A stretch of DNA of 64,000 nucleotides from Candidatus Gottesmanbacteria bacterium RIFCSPHIGHO2_01_FULL_40_15 (GCA_001779115.1 MFJF01000019.1:12733-76732); one strand, 5' to 3'. Positions 26,816-37,546 are shown, counted from the stretch's first letter. A program made the numbers and translations. The notes: generated from the sequence alone by a model not told the origin.

Positions 26816-28099
26816 ATGAAAAAACTCAGAAATCTACTTTTACTTATTACTGTTTTGATTGTTACATTTAATTTCGGCATAATTTTGGGTAAAAAAGAAA
26901 ATGTTTTTACAAGCGTCAAATCAAATGAAATAAAGGCAACTGAAAAAAGTAAGGAAAAAGGATTGGATTTTACACTTTTTTGGGACGTCTGGGACAGATT
27001 ATTTTATTACTATTTGGATAAGAAAGCACTTGAACCTCAAAAAATGATATATGGAGCCATTTCGGGAATGGTTGCTTCGCTGGGGGATCCCTATACGGTA
27101 TTTTTAACACCCGATCAGAATAAAGAAGCCAAAGATGATTTAGGAGGAAAATTTGAAGGTATCGGAGCGCAATTGGGTGTTAAGGATAAAAAGATCGTAA
27201 TTGTCGCCCCGTTAAAAAATTCACCGGCTGAGGAAGCAGGACTTTCGGCAGGTGATTGGATAGTTCAAGTAAACGGACAGGATACATTAAACTGGACATT
27301 GCCGGAGACCGTAAGCAAAATCCGGGGTCCTAAAGGCAGTAAAGTTGTTTTGGCTATAATCCGGAAAGACCAGGAAAAAAGTGAAGAAATAGAAGTACGA
27401 AGGGATGAAATTAAAGTACCGTCCGTTGAATGGGAACTTTTAACCGTTAATTGCTCAAATAAAACCGGTGATAACGGAAGGCAATGTGCAGAGGTAGATA
27501 AGCTGTGTGAAACCTGCCGCCATATCTATTACCTGAAATTAGGCAGATTCGGAGACACTACCAATACTGAATGGGAAAAAGCCGTGTCGGAGATTATTTC
27601 CCATATCTCCCGCAACAGGGCCGAAAAATCAATGGGGCTTATTCTTGATGTGCGGAATAATCCGGGCGGTTATCTGTCCGGATCTGTATTTATTGCCTCA
27701 GAATTTTTAAAAGACGGAACGGTTGTTATACAGGAAAATGCCGACGGGACTAAAAAAACATATTCCGTAAACAGAAAAGGGAAATTAACGGATATTCCTA
27801 TGGTCGTTTTAATCAATAAGGGCAGCGCTTCAGCTTCAGAAATTGTTGCAGGAACTTTAAGAGTCCGGAAAAATATTCCGCTTGTGGGTGAGGAGACTTT
27901 CGGTAAGGGAACTATTCAGGAAGCCCAGGATCTTAAGGAAGGTGCCGGCATCCACATTACGACAGCCAAATGGCTTCTTCCGGATAATTCAAATTTAAAC
28001 GGTAACGGATTAAAACCGACAATAGAGGCAATAAATGAGGAGGGAAATCCTGATTCCGATCACCAGCTTTTTAAGGCGATTGATACTCTTTATCAATAA
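26816..28099 (+). CDS. S41 carboxyl-terminal processing protease (CtpA-like)
   Basis: LGDPYT, FEGIGA, PDZ domain, DVRNNPGG, SASASEI, TFGKG. Confidence 0.95.
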   Translation: MKKLRNLLLLITVLIVTFNFGIILGKKENVFTSVKSNEIKATEKSKEKGLDFTLFWDVWDRLFYYYLDKKALEPQKMIYGAISGMVASLGDPYTVFLTPDQNKEAKDDLGGKFEGIGAQLGVKDKKIVIVAPLKNSPAEEAGLSAGDWIVQVNGQDTLNWTLPETVSKIRGPKGSKVVLAIIRKDQEKSEEIEVRRDEIKVPSVEWELLTVNCSNKTGDNGRQCAEVDKLCETCRHIYYLKLGRFGDTTNTEWEKAVSEIISHISRNRAEKSMGLILDVRNNPGGYLSGSVFIASEFLKDGTVVIQENADGTKKTYSVNRKGKLTDIPMVVLINKGSASASEIVAGTLRVRKNIPLVGEETFGKGTIQEAQDLKEGAGIHITTAKWLLPDNSNLNGNGLKPTIEAINEEGNPDSDHQLFKAIDTLYQ

Positions 28100-28136
28100 T
28101 TATAAAGCTGATATAATAAAGCCCATCCCGCAACCT

Positions 28137-29306
28137 ATGAAACGAATACTTATATTAATAGTACTTTTCGTAATACTTATATCTGTCGGAACATTGACTA
28201 ATCAGCTTAATTTTTCCATCGGTGATTTTAAGGGACTAATTGCTCCAAAAGCGACCCAGAATTCCGGCCGGTCTGACGGAGAAGTCAGGATAATTACCGA
28301 GGAATCAGTCATAACTAAAGCGGTTGAAGAGGTATCGCCTAGTGTGGTTACGGTTTCTGTCGTTAGATCCCGCCAATTGGGCCGGATTTTTGACGGAGAT
28401 ACAATTGATCCTTTTGACCCTTTTGATATTTTCAGGCAAAGGAGTTCCAATCAAAGAGTTGTCCAGGATATCGCCACCGGGTTTATAGTCTCATCAGACG
28501 GACTTATTATAACAAACAAGCACGTAGTATCGGATTCTTCGGTTAAGTACAGAGTGATAACCAAGGATGATAAGGAATATAATATCGAAAAAATTTACCG
28601 GGATCCTTCCAATGATATTTCCATTATTAAAATAAACGGTAAAGGTCTCAAGCCGGTTGAGATGGGAGACTCTTCCAATTTAAAAGTCGGCCAAATGTCA
28701 ATTGCAATAGGTACGGCATTGGGCGAATTCCGGAATACGGTTACAGTCGGAGTTATTTCCGGACTCGGACGGGGGATTACAGCCGGGAGTCCATTTGAGG
28801 GATATGTAGAAAGACTCGACAATGTTATACAAACTGACGCAGCGATAAATCCCGGTAATTCGGGGGGGCCACTTTTAAACTCCAGCGGTCAGGTGATCGG
28901 TGTAAATGTGGCAGTATCTTCGGAGGGACAAAATATCGGATTTGCCTTGCCGATCAATATTGTCAAGGATTTATTGAAAAATTTCAATGAAAGCGGAGGC
29001 AGATTTGAGAGACCTTATCTTGGAGTCAGGTACAGAATGATCACAAAAGATATGGCTATAATGTATGAAGTTCCCGAAGGGGCTTATGTCCAGGAGGTAG
29101 TGGAAAATTCTCCGGCAGAAGAAGCAGGAGTCCGGGTTGAAGACGTTATAATAAATATTGACGGTTTAAAAATAACTGATGAAAACGGTGGTTTGGCAAA
29201 AATAATTTCCGAAAAGAAAATTGGAGATAAAATGAGTCTGGATATTTGGCGTGAAGGAGAAACTGTTAAACTTGATGTCACTGTCGGTGAGACCAGCGGG
29301 GAATAA
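28137..29306 (+). CDS. HtrA/DegP-like serine protease with PDZ domain
   Basis: ITNKHVV, IQTDAAINPGNSGGPL; N-terminal TM; start moved to MKRILIL. Confidence 0.95.
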   Translation: MKRILILIVLFVILISVGTLTNQLNFSIGDFKGLIAPKATQNSGRSDGEVRIITEESVITKAVEEVSPSVVTVSVVRSRQLGRIFDGDTIDPFDPFDIFRQRSSNQRVVQDIATGFIVSSDGLIITNKHVVSDSSVKYRVITKDDKEYNIEKIYRDPSNDISIIKINGKGLKPVEMGDSSNLKVGQMSIAIGTALGEFRNTVTVGVISGLGRGITAGSPFEGYVERLDNVIQTDAAINPGNSGGPLLNSSGQVIGVNVAVSSEGQNIGFALPINIVKDLLKNFNESGGRFERPYLGVRYRMITKDMAIMYEVPEGAYVQEVVENSPAEEAGVRVEDVIINIDGLKITDENGGLAKIISEKKIGDKMSLDIWREGETVKLDVTVGETSGE

Positions 29307-29317
29307 TTCCAGCCGTT

Positions 29318-29998
29318 TTACTTTCCAATTATTTTATCCAACTTACCTTCCATAACCTTATCAAGGTTATGCCAGCTTTTGCCTCTGCGGTGGTCAGTTA
29401 TACGGTTTTGGGGGAAATTATAGGTTCTGATTTTTTCAGCCCGCATCCCCCGGCCAATCCCGGATCTGGCCTGGCCTAATGTTTTTTCCTTTTTTTCCGC
29501 TTCCAGCTCCCACAGTTTTGAACGGAGCAGTGAAAGCGCGATTTTCCGGTTCTGTTCCTGGGATCTTTCCGCGCGGGCTGTAGTTATGATTCCGGATGGC
29601 TTGTGTTTTAAGCGCACCGCCGTTGATACTTTATTGACATTCTGTCCGCCTTTTCCGCTGGAACGAAAAAAATCCCATTCCAGATCATTGGGATTAATAT
29701 TGAAATGATTTTCTTCAATATCAGCTATAACAGCGACTGTGGCCGTTGAAGTGTGTATCCGGCCATATCGCTCCGTTTCCGGTATCCGCTGTACCCGGTG
29801 CACCCCGGTTTCACCCGAAAAAATATCAAATACGTTTTCTCCCTTAATTTTTAAGATATTATCATCAAGGTTTTTTGTATTAAAACCCCGGGAAAGACAA
29901 AATTTGAGATACATCCGGAGCAAGTCAGCAGCCCAGATTTTTGCCTCGTCACCGCCCGTAGCTCCTCTTATTTCTAAAATAGCCGTATTTTTGTTCAT
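29318..29998 (-). CDS. prfA: Short peptide chain release factor 1 lacking the N-terminal domain
   Basis: ILEIRGATGGDEA, GVHRVQRIPETE (PxT), GKGGQNVNK, IRTYNFPQNRITDHR; follows rpmE. Confidence 0.85.
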   Translation of the reverse strand: MNKNTAILEIRGATGGDEAKIWAADLLRMYLKFCLSRGFNTKNLDDNILKIKGENVFDIFSGETGVHRVQRIPETERYGRIHTSTATVAVIADIEENHFNINPNDLEWDFFRSSGKGGQNVNKVSTAVRLKHKPSGIITTARAERSQEQNRKIALSLLRSKLWELEAEKKEKTLGQARSGIGRGMRAEKIRTYNFPQNRITDHRRGKSWHNLDKVMEGKLDKIIGK

Positions 29999-30010
29999 GG
30001 AGAGGATTAT

Positions 30011-30316
30011 TTAGGATCCCAGAAGCATTTCACGAAGCGTTTTAGGATGCCGGTCTGTTTTTATATCTTCTTTTTGTTTTTTCTTCTTTTCAGCCAGCTG
30101 TTTTAACGTAACCTGAGCTTCTTTTTGCTTTTTCTGGAATTTTTCTACCCGGCCCATGGTATCCAGGAATTTCATTTCACCGGTATAAAAAGGATGACAT
30201 TTATGGCATACTTCAACACGGATATTAGCTTTGGTAGATCCGACTTTGAACATATTACCGCAGGCACAGACGACCTCCGCTTCAGGGTACCATTTGGGAT
30301 GTATTGACGTTTTCAT
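30011..30316 (-). CDS. rpmE: 50S ribosomal protein L31 (Zn type)
   Basis: [29 protein letters not shown]. Confidence 0.97.
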   Translation of the reverse strand: MKTSIHPKWYPEAEVVCACGNMFKVGSTKANIRVEVCHKCHPFYTGEMKFLDTMGRVEKFQKKQKEAQVTLKQLAEKKKKQKEDIKTDRHPKTLREMLLGS

Positions 30317-30377
30317 AGATACGATATTATATCCCAATGAAGGGAATTTGAAAAGAGTCCGGAAGACTTAATCCGGT

Positions 30378-31310
30378 TTAGACCACTTCCATAACGACAA
30401 AAGTCAGATAAAGAATCAGAAGAATTAAACCTTCCTTCCGGGAAATGTCATTTTTTGAACGGGTGAAATAGAAAAAAAGACTAAGGCCAACAAGCATAAA
30501 CGAAAAGGTTATGAGAAAATGGTTGTTAAAAGAAACCGATGTGCCATTTACAATTGTTAATACTCCTAGGATGACTGAGTTAGTCGAAGCCGAACCGATG
30601 TAATCGCCCAGAGCTATTTCCTTGTTACCTGAAGTTATTGATCTTAAAGCTATTGAAATTTCAGGCAGATTTGTTCCAATGGATAACCCCAACAAACTCA
30701 GGAGAAAGGGAGATATACCAAGATCGGCCGAAAAAACAATAGTTTGGTCAACCAGGAGTCCGCTGGAATAAAATACGACAAAGGCGCCGATCAGTATTTT
30801 TCCCAGAAGGGAAATATTGTGACGGCGGTCTGTGGTGAATTTATCCCTGAAATGATCAATAATTCCTTTTCTTTTTTCAAGTGTATAAAAAAGTACCAGA
30901 TAGAGAAAAATCAGGAGAAATCCTTCAATTAAACTCAAGTTTTTGTCTATTATAAGCAGAGCCGGCAGACCGACCAGATAAAGGGAAAAAATTAATTTTC
31001 TGATTGACAGTTGGTGGCTCAGAGTGACTCCGTTGCCCAGTATTGCCAGTAACGGAATGATAAGGATGAAAATAATAAGTGAACCGCCGATAAGGTTTCC
31101 GACGAATATTTCAGGCTTTTTGTCAATAATAGCGTTTATTCCGACAGATAATTCCGGCAGACTGGTTAGAAATCCCAGCAGGAAAAAAGAAGCGGCAAAA
31201 GCCGAAATTTCCAATTGTTTTGAAATTTTGTCAAGCGAAGTGACAATCAGACCAGCACCGAACCAGAGGGTAGTCAGAGCAAAAATAAAAAGAGCCAAAT
31301 CAGGCAGCAT
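30378..31310 (-). CDS. Sodium:calcium antiporter (YrbG-like)
   Basis: Two alpha repeats (TSLPEL...GNLIGGS and GTNLPEI...GDYIGS), ~10 TMs. Confidence 0.9.
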   Translation of the reverse strand: MLPDLALFIFALTTLWFGAGLIVTSLDKISKQLEISAFAASFFLLGFLTSLPELSVGINAIIDKKPEIFVGNLIGGSLIIFILIIPLLAILGNGVTLSHQLSIRKLIFSLYLVGLPALLIIDKNLSLIEGFLLIFLYLVLFYTLEKRKGIIDHFRDKFTTDRRHNISLLGKILIGAFVVFYSSGLLVDQTIVFSADLGISPFLLSLLGLSIGTNLPEISIALRSITSGNKEIALGDYIGSASTNSVILGVLTIVNGTSVSFNNHFLITFSFMLVGLSLFFYFTRSKNDISRKEGLILLILYLTFVVMEVV

Positions 31311-31361
31311 AAAAAAAGTATAAACGTATGTTATTGTCTAATTCAACTGGGATGTTAATAA

Positions 31362-32267
31362 TCATCTTTTATGAAAGCGGTGATGGGGGTGATGTTTGAT
31401 TTTGCCTTCAGCTAAAAGGATTCCTCCGAAAACGAGAAAGCTGCCGATGAAAAAAACAGGAGTTATTTTTTCACCCAGAAGCGGCAGAGCGATTATTATG
31501 GCAGCTATCGGATCGAGGTAGGAAAATACACCGGTATCCTGGGCTTCCATATATTTTATGCCGTATTCAAACAGGGTATAAGCGGTAGCCGAAGAGAAAA
31601 AAATTCCGTATATTATTCCGATTATTCCCCGGTAATCCAGTTGGGCCGGAAATTGTCCCGTGTATATTTCATAAGAGGCAAACGGCAAAAATGTGAGCGC
31701 GCCGATGAAACTCATCCAAAAAGTTAAAGCGGCAGGACTATAGTCGGCTATTATTTCTTTGCTGATTATGGCGTGGGCAATAGCAGCCAGCATGGCGATA
31801 AATATAAACATATTACCCAGAAGCTGTCCGTCAAGCCGGTTTTCAAAAATCGGCTGGCCGATAATTATTAAGACTCCCAATAAACTGATAACAATACCGG
31901 CCAGAACTTTTAAATGGGGTTTTTCATGCAGGATAAAAATCGAGGCAATATATAAAAAAACCGGTCCGGATGCGGATATAATCGGAGCGTTAATGGATGG
32001 CGATAACCTCAAGCCCAAAAAATAAAAACTGATATGGATGGAAACACCGAAGATTGAAAGTAAAATAAGTTTTAGCGTGTCTTTTTTGGCTATTTTTAAC
32101 CGGGGGTAAGAAATAATCAGCAGAATTAATGATGCTCCGTAGAACCGGATAAAGGCTAAGGTAAACGGGGAAATATTTTGAAGGGCAAACTTGAAGATAG
32201 GCGAGGCGGCACCCCAGATCAGATTAGCGCCAATCAGGGCAAGAACCGCTTTCCGATATTTGGGCAT
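31362..32267 (-). CDS. DMT/EamA family transporter
   Basis: 10-TM pattern; IWG, F.RF, LLGEK motifs. Confidence 0.9.
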   Translation of the reverse strand: MPKYRKAVLALIGANLIWGAASPIFKFALQNISPFTLAFIRFYGASLILLIISYPRLKIAKKDTLKLILLSIFGVSIHISFYFLGLRLSPSINAPIISASGPVFLYIASIFILHEKPHLKVLAGIVISLLGVLIIIGQPIFENRLDGQLLGNMFIFIAMLAAIAHAIISKEIIADYSPAALTFWMSFIGALTFLPFASYEIYTGQFPAQLDYRGIIGIIYGIFFSSATAYTLFEYGIKYMEAQDTGVFSYLDPIAAIIIALPLLGEKITPVFFIGSFLVFGGILLAEGKIKHHPHHRFHKR

Positions 32268-32309
32268 TAAATTAATAATAGCAAAAATTCCGAAGGCGTG
32301 GCAAAGAGA

Positions 32310-33587
32310 TTATTTGAAGTAACTTATCAATTTATCCGAGGCAACTGTTTCCTGGGATTTTAAGAAGAGATTCTTAATGGTAACTTTATTTGATTTTTTT
32401 TCATCCGGGCCTATGATAATAGCGTAAAGAATCCCTTTTTTATCTGCATATTTTAATTGTTTATCGAGTCTCTGGTCGGTTTCAAAGTAAATTTCCGCAT
32501 TGATTTGGGCTTTCCTGAGCAAATTTAATACGGTTAATGAAGTATTAAGGAATTTTTCATTAAAAACGGTAACTAATATTTCAGAAGAGGAGTTTAATAT
32601 ATTTTTAGGAAATAGTTTCAGTTCTTCCATAGCTTCTATCAGTCTGTCGAAACCAAAAGCGCATCCGACAGCCGGAATGTTTTTTCCTGCAAAAAAACCA
32701 ATTAAATTATCATATCTTCCACCCCCGCAAACTGCACCTGCAGAATAACCATTCACCTGAACTTCAAAAATCATATCCGTATAATAATCTAAACCCCGGG
32801 CTAAAGTTAAATCCCATTTAAGAGGAATGTTACGCTTAGATGCTTCCTCATAAACTCTATTCATTTTTTGTCCGATTTCGTCAGGTTGACTCAGTTCCCA
32901 TAATTTGAATACTTGTTGAATTTTTCCTGCAGTGTTTTCGTCAATTCCCGGAATATTGGTTAATAATTTTTTTACTTTAGACCAACCGACTTTTTCGATT
33001 TTATCTATTTCTCTACTCACTTTAATTCTCAGATTTTCAGGGACGCCTGCTTTCTCAATTTTATTAAATAACATTATCCGACTGTTAAACAAAAATTTAA
33101 AATTTTTAAAACCCAGTTTATTTAAAACAGAATTTACTACATCTAAGACTTCGACATCTGCCAGATATGATGAAGTACCGACAATATCGATATCACATTG
33201 AAGAAATTCCCGAAATCTTCCTTTTTGAGGATTTTCAGCTCTCCAGACCGACTGGATTTGATATCTTTCAAATGGGATTGGTATTTTATTTTCGTATTGG
33301 GCAATAACACGGGCAAGTGGTACTGTTTGATCATATCTCAGTGCAATTTTTCTTTTACCAAGATCTTCAAACCGATAGAGTAATTTGTCAGCATCAGGTC
33401 CATACTTGCCTAATAATATATCCTCGTATTCGATGGCCGGTGTTTCCAGGGGTTCAAAACCATAGAGTTCAAAAGTGCGCCTGATAATGCCGATGGCGTA
33501 CTGTCTTTTACGGGCCTGATCCGGCAGGAAATCCCGGAAACCCTTTAAAATCCGGGGCTCGACTTTTTGATTATTTTTGGCTGTCAT
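32310..33587 (-). CDS. hisS: Histidine--tRNA ligase
   Basis: KGFRDFLP, LRYDQTVP, GRFREFLQCD, RGLDYY, GGGRYD. Confidence 0.97.
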   Translation of the reverse strand: MTAKNNQKVEPRILKGFRDFLPDQARKRQYAIGIIRRTFELYGFEPLETPAIEYEDILLGKYGPDADKLLYRFEDLGKRKIALRYDQTVPLARVIAQYENKIPIPFERYQIQSVWRAENPQKGRFREFLQCDIDIVGTSSYLADVEVLDVVNSVLNKLGFKNFKFLFNSRIMLFNKIEKAGVPENLRIKVSREIDKIEKVGWSKVKKLLTNIPGIDENTAGKIQQVFKLWELSQPDEIGQKMNRVYEEASKRNIPLKWDLTLARGLDYYTDMIFEVQVNGYSAGAVCGGGRYDNLIGFFAGKNIPAVGCAFGFDRLIEAMEELKLFPKNILNSSSEILVTVFNEKFLNTSLTVLNLLRKAQINAEIYFETDQRLDKQLKYADKKGILYAIIIGPDEKKSNKVTIKNLFLKSQETVASDKLISYFK

Positions 33588-33597
33588 ATTGAATTTA

Positions 33598-34674
33598 TTA
33601 TATCACTGTTATCTCTTTTGGAGCGCGGGAGAGGAGTTTTGGGCCGCGGGAGGTGATCAGGACAAGGTCTTCGATCCTTATACCGGCGAAGCCTTCGATA
33701 TAGATGCCCGGTTCAACGGTAACCACCATATTTTCGCACAGAATTTCGTGACTGCCGGGTTTTAAGCGGGGTGCTTCGTGGATAGCCAAACCGACACCAT
33801 GGCCGAGACCGTGCTTAAAGGCCGGGTAACCCTGTTGTTCAATATATTCCCGGGTAAGCCGGTCAATTTCATCACCGGTTTTGCCGGATGTTAATTGGGA
33901 AAGAGCATTTTCCTGGGCAGTCAAAACAGTTTGATAGAGTTTTACCAGACGGTCGGAAGGAGAGCCGAAACATATTACCCGGGTTAAATCGGAGCAGTAA
34001 TTTAGAAATTTGGCTCCCATATCGATAAGAATTATACTGTGATTTTTGAGAGTGACTTTGTCTGATGGGAGATAGTGGGGGATGGCGGAGTTTTGGTTAA
34101 AGGCGACAATCGGCGAGAAAGCAATATTTTGGCTGTTTTTGCGAATAAAAAATTCCAGATTCAAAGCCAGATTTTTTTCTGTGATGCCGGGTTTTATTAG
34201 CCTGGCAGCGTATTCATAGGCGGAATCGGTAACTGAAGCAGCCTTTTTGATAGATTCAATTTCAGCATTTGATTTAATAAGGCGCATTTTCTCAATAATA
34301 TTTTCAGACGGAGTTAATTTAAGTGAAAGTTTTTCTTTTAGAGAAATGTATTCGGAATAAGAAACATAATTTTTCTCAAAAGCAAGAGTTTTTAATTTTT
34401 CTTTTCCGGCAATATCTATTATGGCCTTACTTAACCGGTATTGATTAGTTAATTCGACAGGTATAAATCCCGCTGTCCGCCGGTACATGGCAAAGGTAGT
34501 GGAAAAAGCCAAAAGATAAGCTGATTTTTTGGTTATTACCAGAAAAACTTCCCGTTCATCCGAATTCAGGCCGGCTTTTGCGGTAAGATAAGTAACATTT
34601 TCCTGACCGGAGACAAATAAAGCGTCCGATCCGTAATGTTCAAGTTGTTTTCTTATTAAGTTTAACTTATCCAT
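33598..34674 (-). CDS. M24 Xaa-Pro aminopeptidase/dipeptidase
   Basis: PH, DMGA..YCSDLTR, HGLGHGVGLAIHEAP, TVEPGIY, IRIED; start moved to MDKLN. Confidence 0.93.
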   Translation of the reverse strand: MDKLNLIRKQLEHYGSDALFVSGQENVTYLTAKAGLNSDEREVFLVITKKSAYLLAFSTTFAMYRRTAGFIPVELTNQYRLSKAIIDIAGKEKLKTLAFEKNYVSYSEYISLKEKLSLKLTPSENIIEKMRLIKSNAEIESIKKAASVTDSAYEYAARLIKPGITEKNLALNLEFFIRKNSQNIAFSPIVAFNQNSAIPHYLPSDKVTLKNHSIILIDMGAKFLNYCSDLTRVICFGSPSDRLVKLYQTVLTAQENALSQLTSGKTGDEIDRLTREYIEQQGYPAFKHGLGHGVGLAIHEAPRLKPGSHEILCENMVVTVEPGIYIEGFAGIRIEDLVLITSRGPKLLSRAPKEITVI

Positions 34675-34716
34675 TATGATTTGTAATTTTAACAGATGGC
34701 TATTTATAATGACATT

Positions 34717-35523
34717 ATGGTAAAAGGGGAAATTGATATTAACAATCTGCAATCGGATCTTTTAAGACTCATTAAGAAATCCGGGGAATTAGCCCGCGGT
34801 TACTTTGAGAAAAAAGATGTTCGAAGATACAGTAAAAAAGAATTGGATTTTGTTACTGATGCTGATTTGGCGGTGGAGAAATATTTAAAGTCCGAATTGT
34901 CGGGGAAATATCCGGGAGTACCGGTAATGGCAGAAGAATCAGCCCATAAAAATTATAATTTGTACTGTCGGGAAAAATCCCTTTTTGTTATAGATCCGAT
35001 AGACGGTACTTTGAATTTCGGATACGGTATTGATCATTACGCCATAAGCATCGCCTTGGTATCATACGGAAAGCCTTTACTGGGCATATGTCTGGCTTCC
35101 GATACTAATAAAGTATATACGGCCAGAAGAGACCGGAAGGGGGCATATTGTGACAATAGAAAGATTTCGGTAAAAAATATCAATAGACTGGCGGAATCGT
35201 TTATCCTGACCGATTGGCCTCATGATTTGGAACTCAGGAAAAAGACTGCGGCATTTATTGGCAATTTATATTCACGGGTCAGATTTATCGGGATTTACGG
35301 GTCGGCAGTTTATGATTTGTTAATGATTTCGCAAGGGGAGATTCAAGGAGTTTATTTAACAGGGTGTAATCCTTGGGATGTAGCTGCTGCTTCCTTGATT
35401 GCAAGAAAATCGGGGGCACTGCTAACTGACGGTAGAGGAGCAGATTTTGATATTTTTAATAAAACATTAGTTGCGGGTGTTGAAGGAATCCACGGTGAAC
35501 TGGTTAGAGCTTCAGGGGGTTAA
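34717..35523 (+). CDS. Inositol monophosphatase family protein
   Basis: VTDAD, AEE, IDPIDGTLNF, PWDVAAA; ATG 34717 lies 6 nt after TATAAT (alternative start 34696). Confidence 0.9.
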   Translation: MVKGEIDINNLQSDLLRLIKKSGELARGYFEKKDVRRYSKKELDFVTDADLAVEKYLKSELSGKYPGVPVMAEESAHKNYNLYCREKSLFVIDPIDGTLNFGYGIDHYAISIALVSYGKPLLGICLASDTNKVYTARRDRKGAYCDNRKISVKNINRLAESFILTDWPHDLELRKKTAAFIGNLYSRVRFIGIYGSAVYDLLMISQGEIQGVYLTGCNPWDVAAASLIARKSGALLTDGRGADFDIFNKTLVAGVEGIHGELVRASGG

Positions 35524-36363
35524 GGCGGCTGAAGGAGAGCTTTCAGGCGTCGGGGAAATCAGCATGGGAAGATGGATAATTCTTAACGCATGATACCGGT
35601 TTTCTTCTTTTTCATGGGGTTGCCCGACTATATATACGGAATCTCCTACCTGGAATTTGGAAAAACCTCCTTTTTGTTTGCCTTTTCCTTTTAAAAAGCT
35701 TGAGGTGACGGTATATTTTTCAAAATCAATCAGGATGTCACCATTTTTTGTTTTAACAGTAAGGGTATAGTTTGATTTGTCAATATTGGCAAGTTTACCG
35801 GTAATCCTGGTAAAGCTTTCCTGAATGAAGATATATTTAGCCAATAAGTTATCCCGGTTTTCATTGAAATATCCTAAAGCCGATACGACAACTCCGGTTT
35901 TAACATCTTTCAAGCCGGCCTCTTTTTTGGCATTATCGGATATGATATATACCAAAGTATCTTCAGAATGAGTAAATTTTTGTTCGCCCTTGACAGTTGA
36001 GAGAACGACTTCGTTGCCACCCGAGGATTTAACTATTCCGTAAAAAGCTCCTTTTTCCTGGTCCCTTAGTTGGGCAACTTTTGTAGCAATTTTTTCTTTC
36101 AGAATTTCAATCTGTTTTAGTTTATCGATAACATTTTCCTTTTCCTGATCAATCTGGGGAGTGGAAGTTATTTTTTCCGGGGATATTGCCTGGGTGTTGG
36201 TTTGGGCGGAAATTTTACGGACGGAATTGGCTACAAACGACGTTGCCGGAATCAAAAGAAGAATTGCAATAAGCAGGGATAATTTAGGCGGTGATTTTTT
36301 TTCAGGATTTTCAGGGGTTATTTTCTTATTAGTTCGGAATTTTTTGACGGGATTTTTAATCAT
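35512..36363 (-). CDS. Membrane-anchored hypothetical protein with tandem OB-like (DUF5666-like) domains
   Basis: TM helix, coiled coil, two repeats of G.V...T.....G..V...G. Confidence 0.7.
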   Translation of the reverse strand: MIKNPVKKFRTNKKITPENPEKKSPPKLSLLIAILLLIPATSFVANSVRKISAQTNTQAISPEKITSTPQIDQEKENVIDKLKQIEILKEKIATKVAQLRDQEKGAFYGIVKSSGGNEVVLSTVKGEQKFTHSEDTLVYIISDNAKKEAGLKDVKTGVVVSALGYFNENRDNLLAKYIFIQESFTRITGKLANIDKSNYTLTVKTKNGDILIDFEKYTVTSSFLKGKGKQKGGFSKFQVGDSVYIVGQPHEKEENRYHALRIIHLPMLISPTPESSPSAALTP

Positions 36364-36794
36364 AGTTTTTCAGTTGTATAAAAAAGAGTGACGGATTTTG
36401 TTTCCTGATTACCTGATAAATCAACTGTAGTAAGATAAACAGGATTACCGCCTTCTTCCAAATTGATTGAGGCAGAAAATGAACCATCTGCATCAGTTTC
36501 GAAAATATCGCTGTAATCTGACGTTTCCAGAATGATTACTGACGCCGGTTTTGCTTTTCCGGTAAGACTGACTTTGTTTTCGGTTTGAATGCTTAAATCA
36601 GATGGAGATGTTATTTCCAGCTGACTTTTTGACTCGGCAATGAAGACAGTCGGAGTCGGCTCCGTTTTATCAGATAAGGAATTACTTGCTTTTGATGCTT
36701 TATCCAAAACAGCCGGTAATTTGACTGCTGTTACGGCGATTGACGCTCCGATTACAAATCCGACCAAAAGAGCCAGAACGACATCTTTTTTCAT
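36360..36794 (-). CDS. Membrane-anchored Ig-like domain protein
   Basis: LEITSPSD...LTGKA...DGSFSASINLEEGGN...D.SGN pattern. Confidence 0.75.
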   Translation of the reverse strand: MKKDVVLALLVGFVIGASIAVTAVKLPAVLDKASKASNSLSDKTEPTPTVFIAESKSQLEITSPSDLSIQTENKVSLTGKAKPASVIILETSDYSDIFETDADGSFSASINLEEGGNPVYLTTVDLSGNQETKSVTLFYTTEKL

Positions 36795-36875
36795 AAGGGG
36801 TAAAAAGCACTAACATATTAAGGGACGGTATTCCACTTGTCAAGAAAAGTTAAAAGTGATAAAAGTACTTTACCT

Positions 36876-37520
36876 ATGGACATATCATTACTTGGGCATT
36901 CTTCCTTCAAAATTAAGGGCAGAAAGGTAACACTTTTGACTGATCCATATGATCCGGAAAAGACAGGTCTTAAATTTCCAAAAGCGGAAGCCGATATAAT
37001 AACCGTTTCCCATCCCCATTACGATCACAGCCATACCTCTCTAGTTGGCGGAAATCCGGTTACAATATCGGGACCCGGGGAATATGAAGTAAAGGGAGTA
37101 AAAATAATCGGAATTTCCAGCTTTCATGATGCTGTTAAAGGAGCGGAAAGGGGTAAAAATACCATTTATCAGATAGAGATGGATAAGATGACTTTAGTTC
37201 ATTTGGGTGATTTGGGTCATAAGCTGGATGAAGCCGCCGTGGAAATTTTAAACGGAGCCGATATCCTGATGATTCCAGTCGGAGGAGTTTATACCATTAA
37301 CTCTGTAGTTGCTGCCCAGGTAATAACCCAACTTGAACCTTCAATAATTATCCCTATGCATTATTGGAAAGCCGGTATGAATAAGGAAAAATTCGGTGAA
37401 CTTTCCGATATATCGTTCTTTTTAAAAGAGATGGGTAAGGAAAGTATACAACCTGTGGTTAAATTATCCGTAACCAAGGATAAGATTCCGGCCGAGGCTA
37501 CGATCACCGTTCTTGAATAG
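36876..37520 (+). CDS. MBL-fold metallo-hydrolase
   Basis: LGHSSF, TDPY, SHPHYDH, HLGDLG, IIPMHY. Confidence 0.9.
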   Translation: MDISLLGHSSFKIKGRKVTLLTDPYDPEKTGLKFPKAEADIITVSHPHYDHSHTSLVGGNPVTISGPGEYEVKGVKIIGISSFHDAVKGAERGKNTIYQIEMDKMTLVHLGDLGHKLDEAAVEILNGADILMIPVGGVYTINSVVAAQVITQLEPSIIIPMHYWKAGMNKEKFGELSDISFFLKEMGKESIQPVVKLSVTKDKIPAEATITVLE

Positions 37521-37546
37521 TTTGCATAAGCAGACTGTAATTTATT

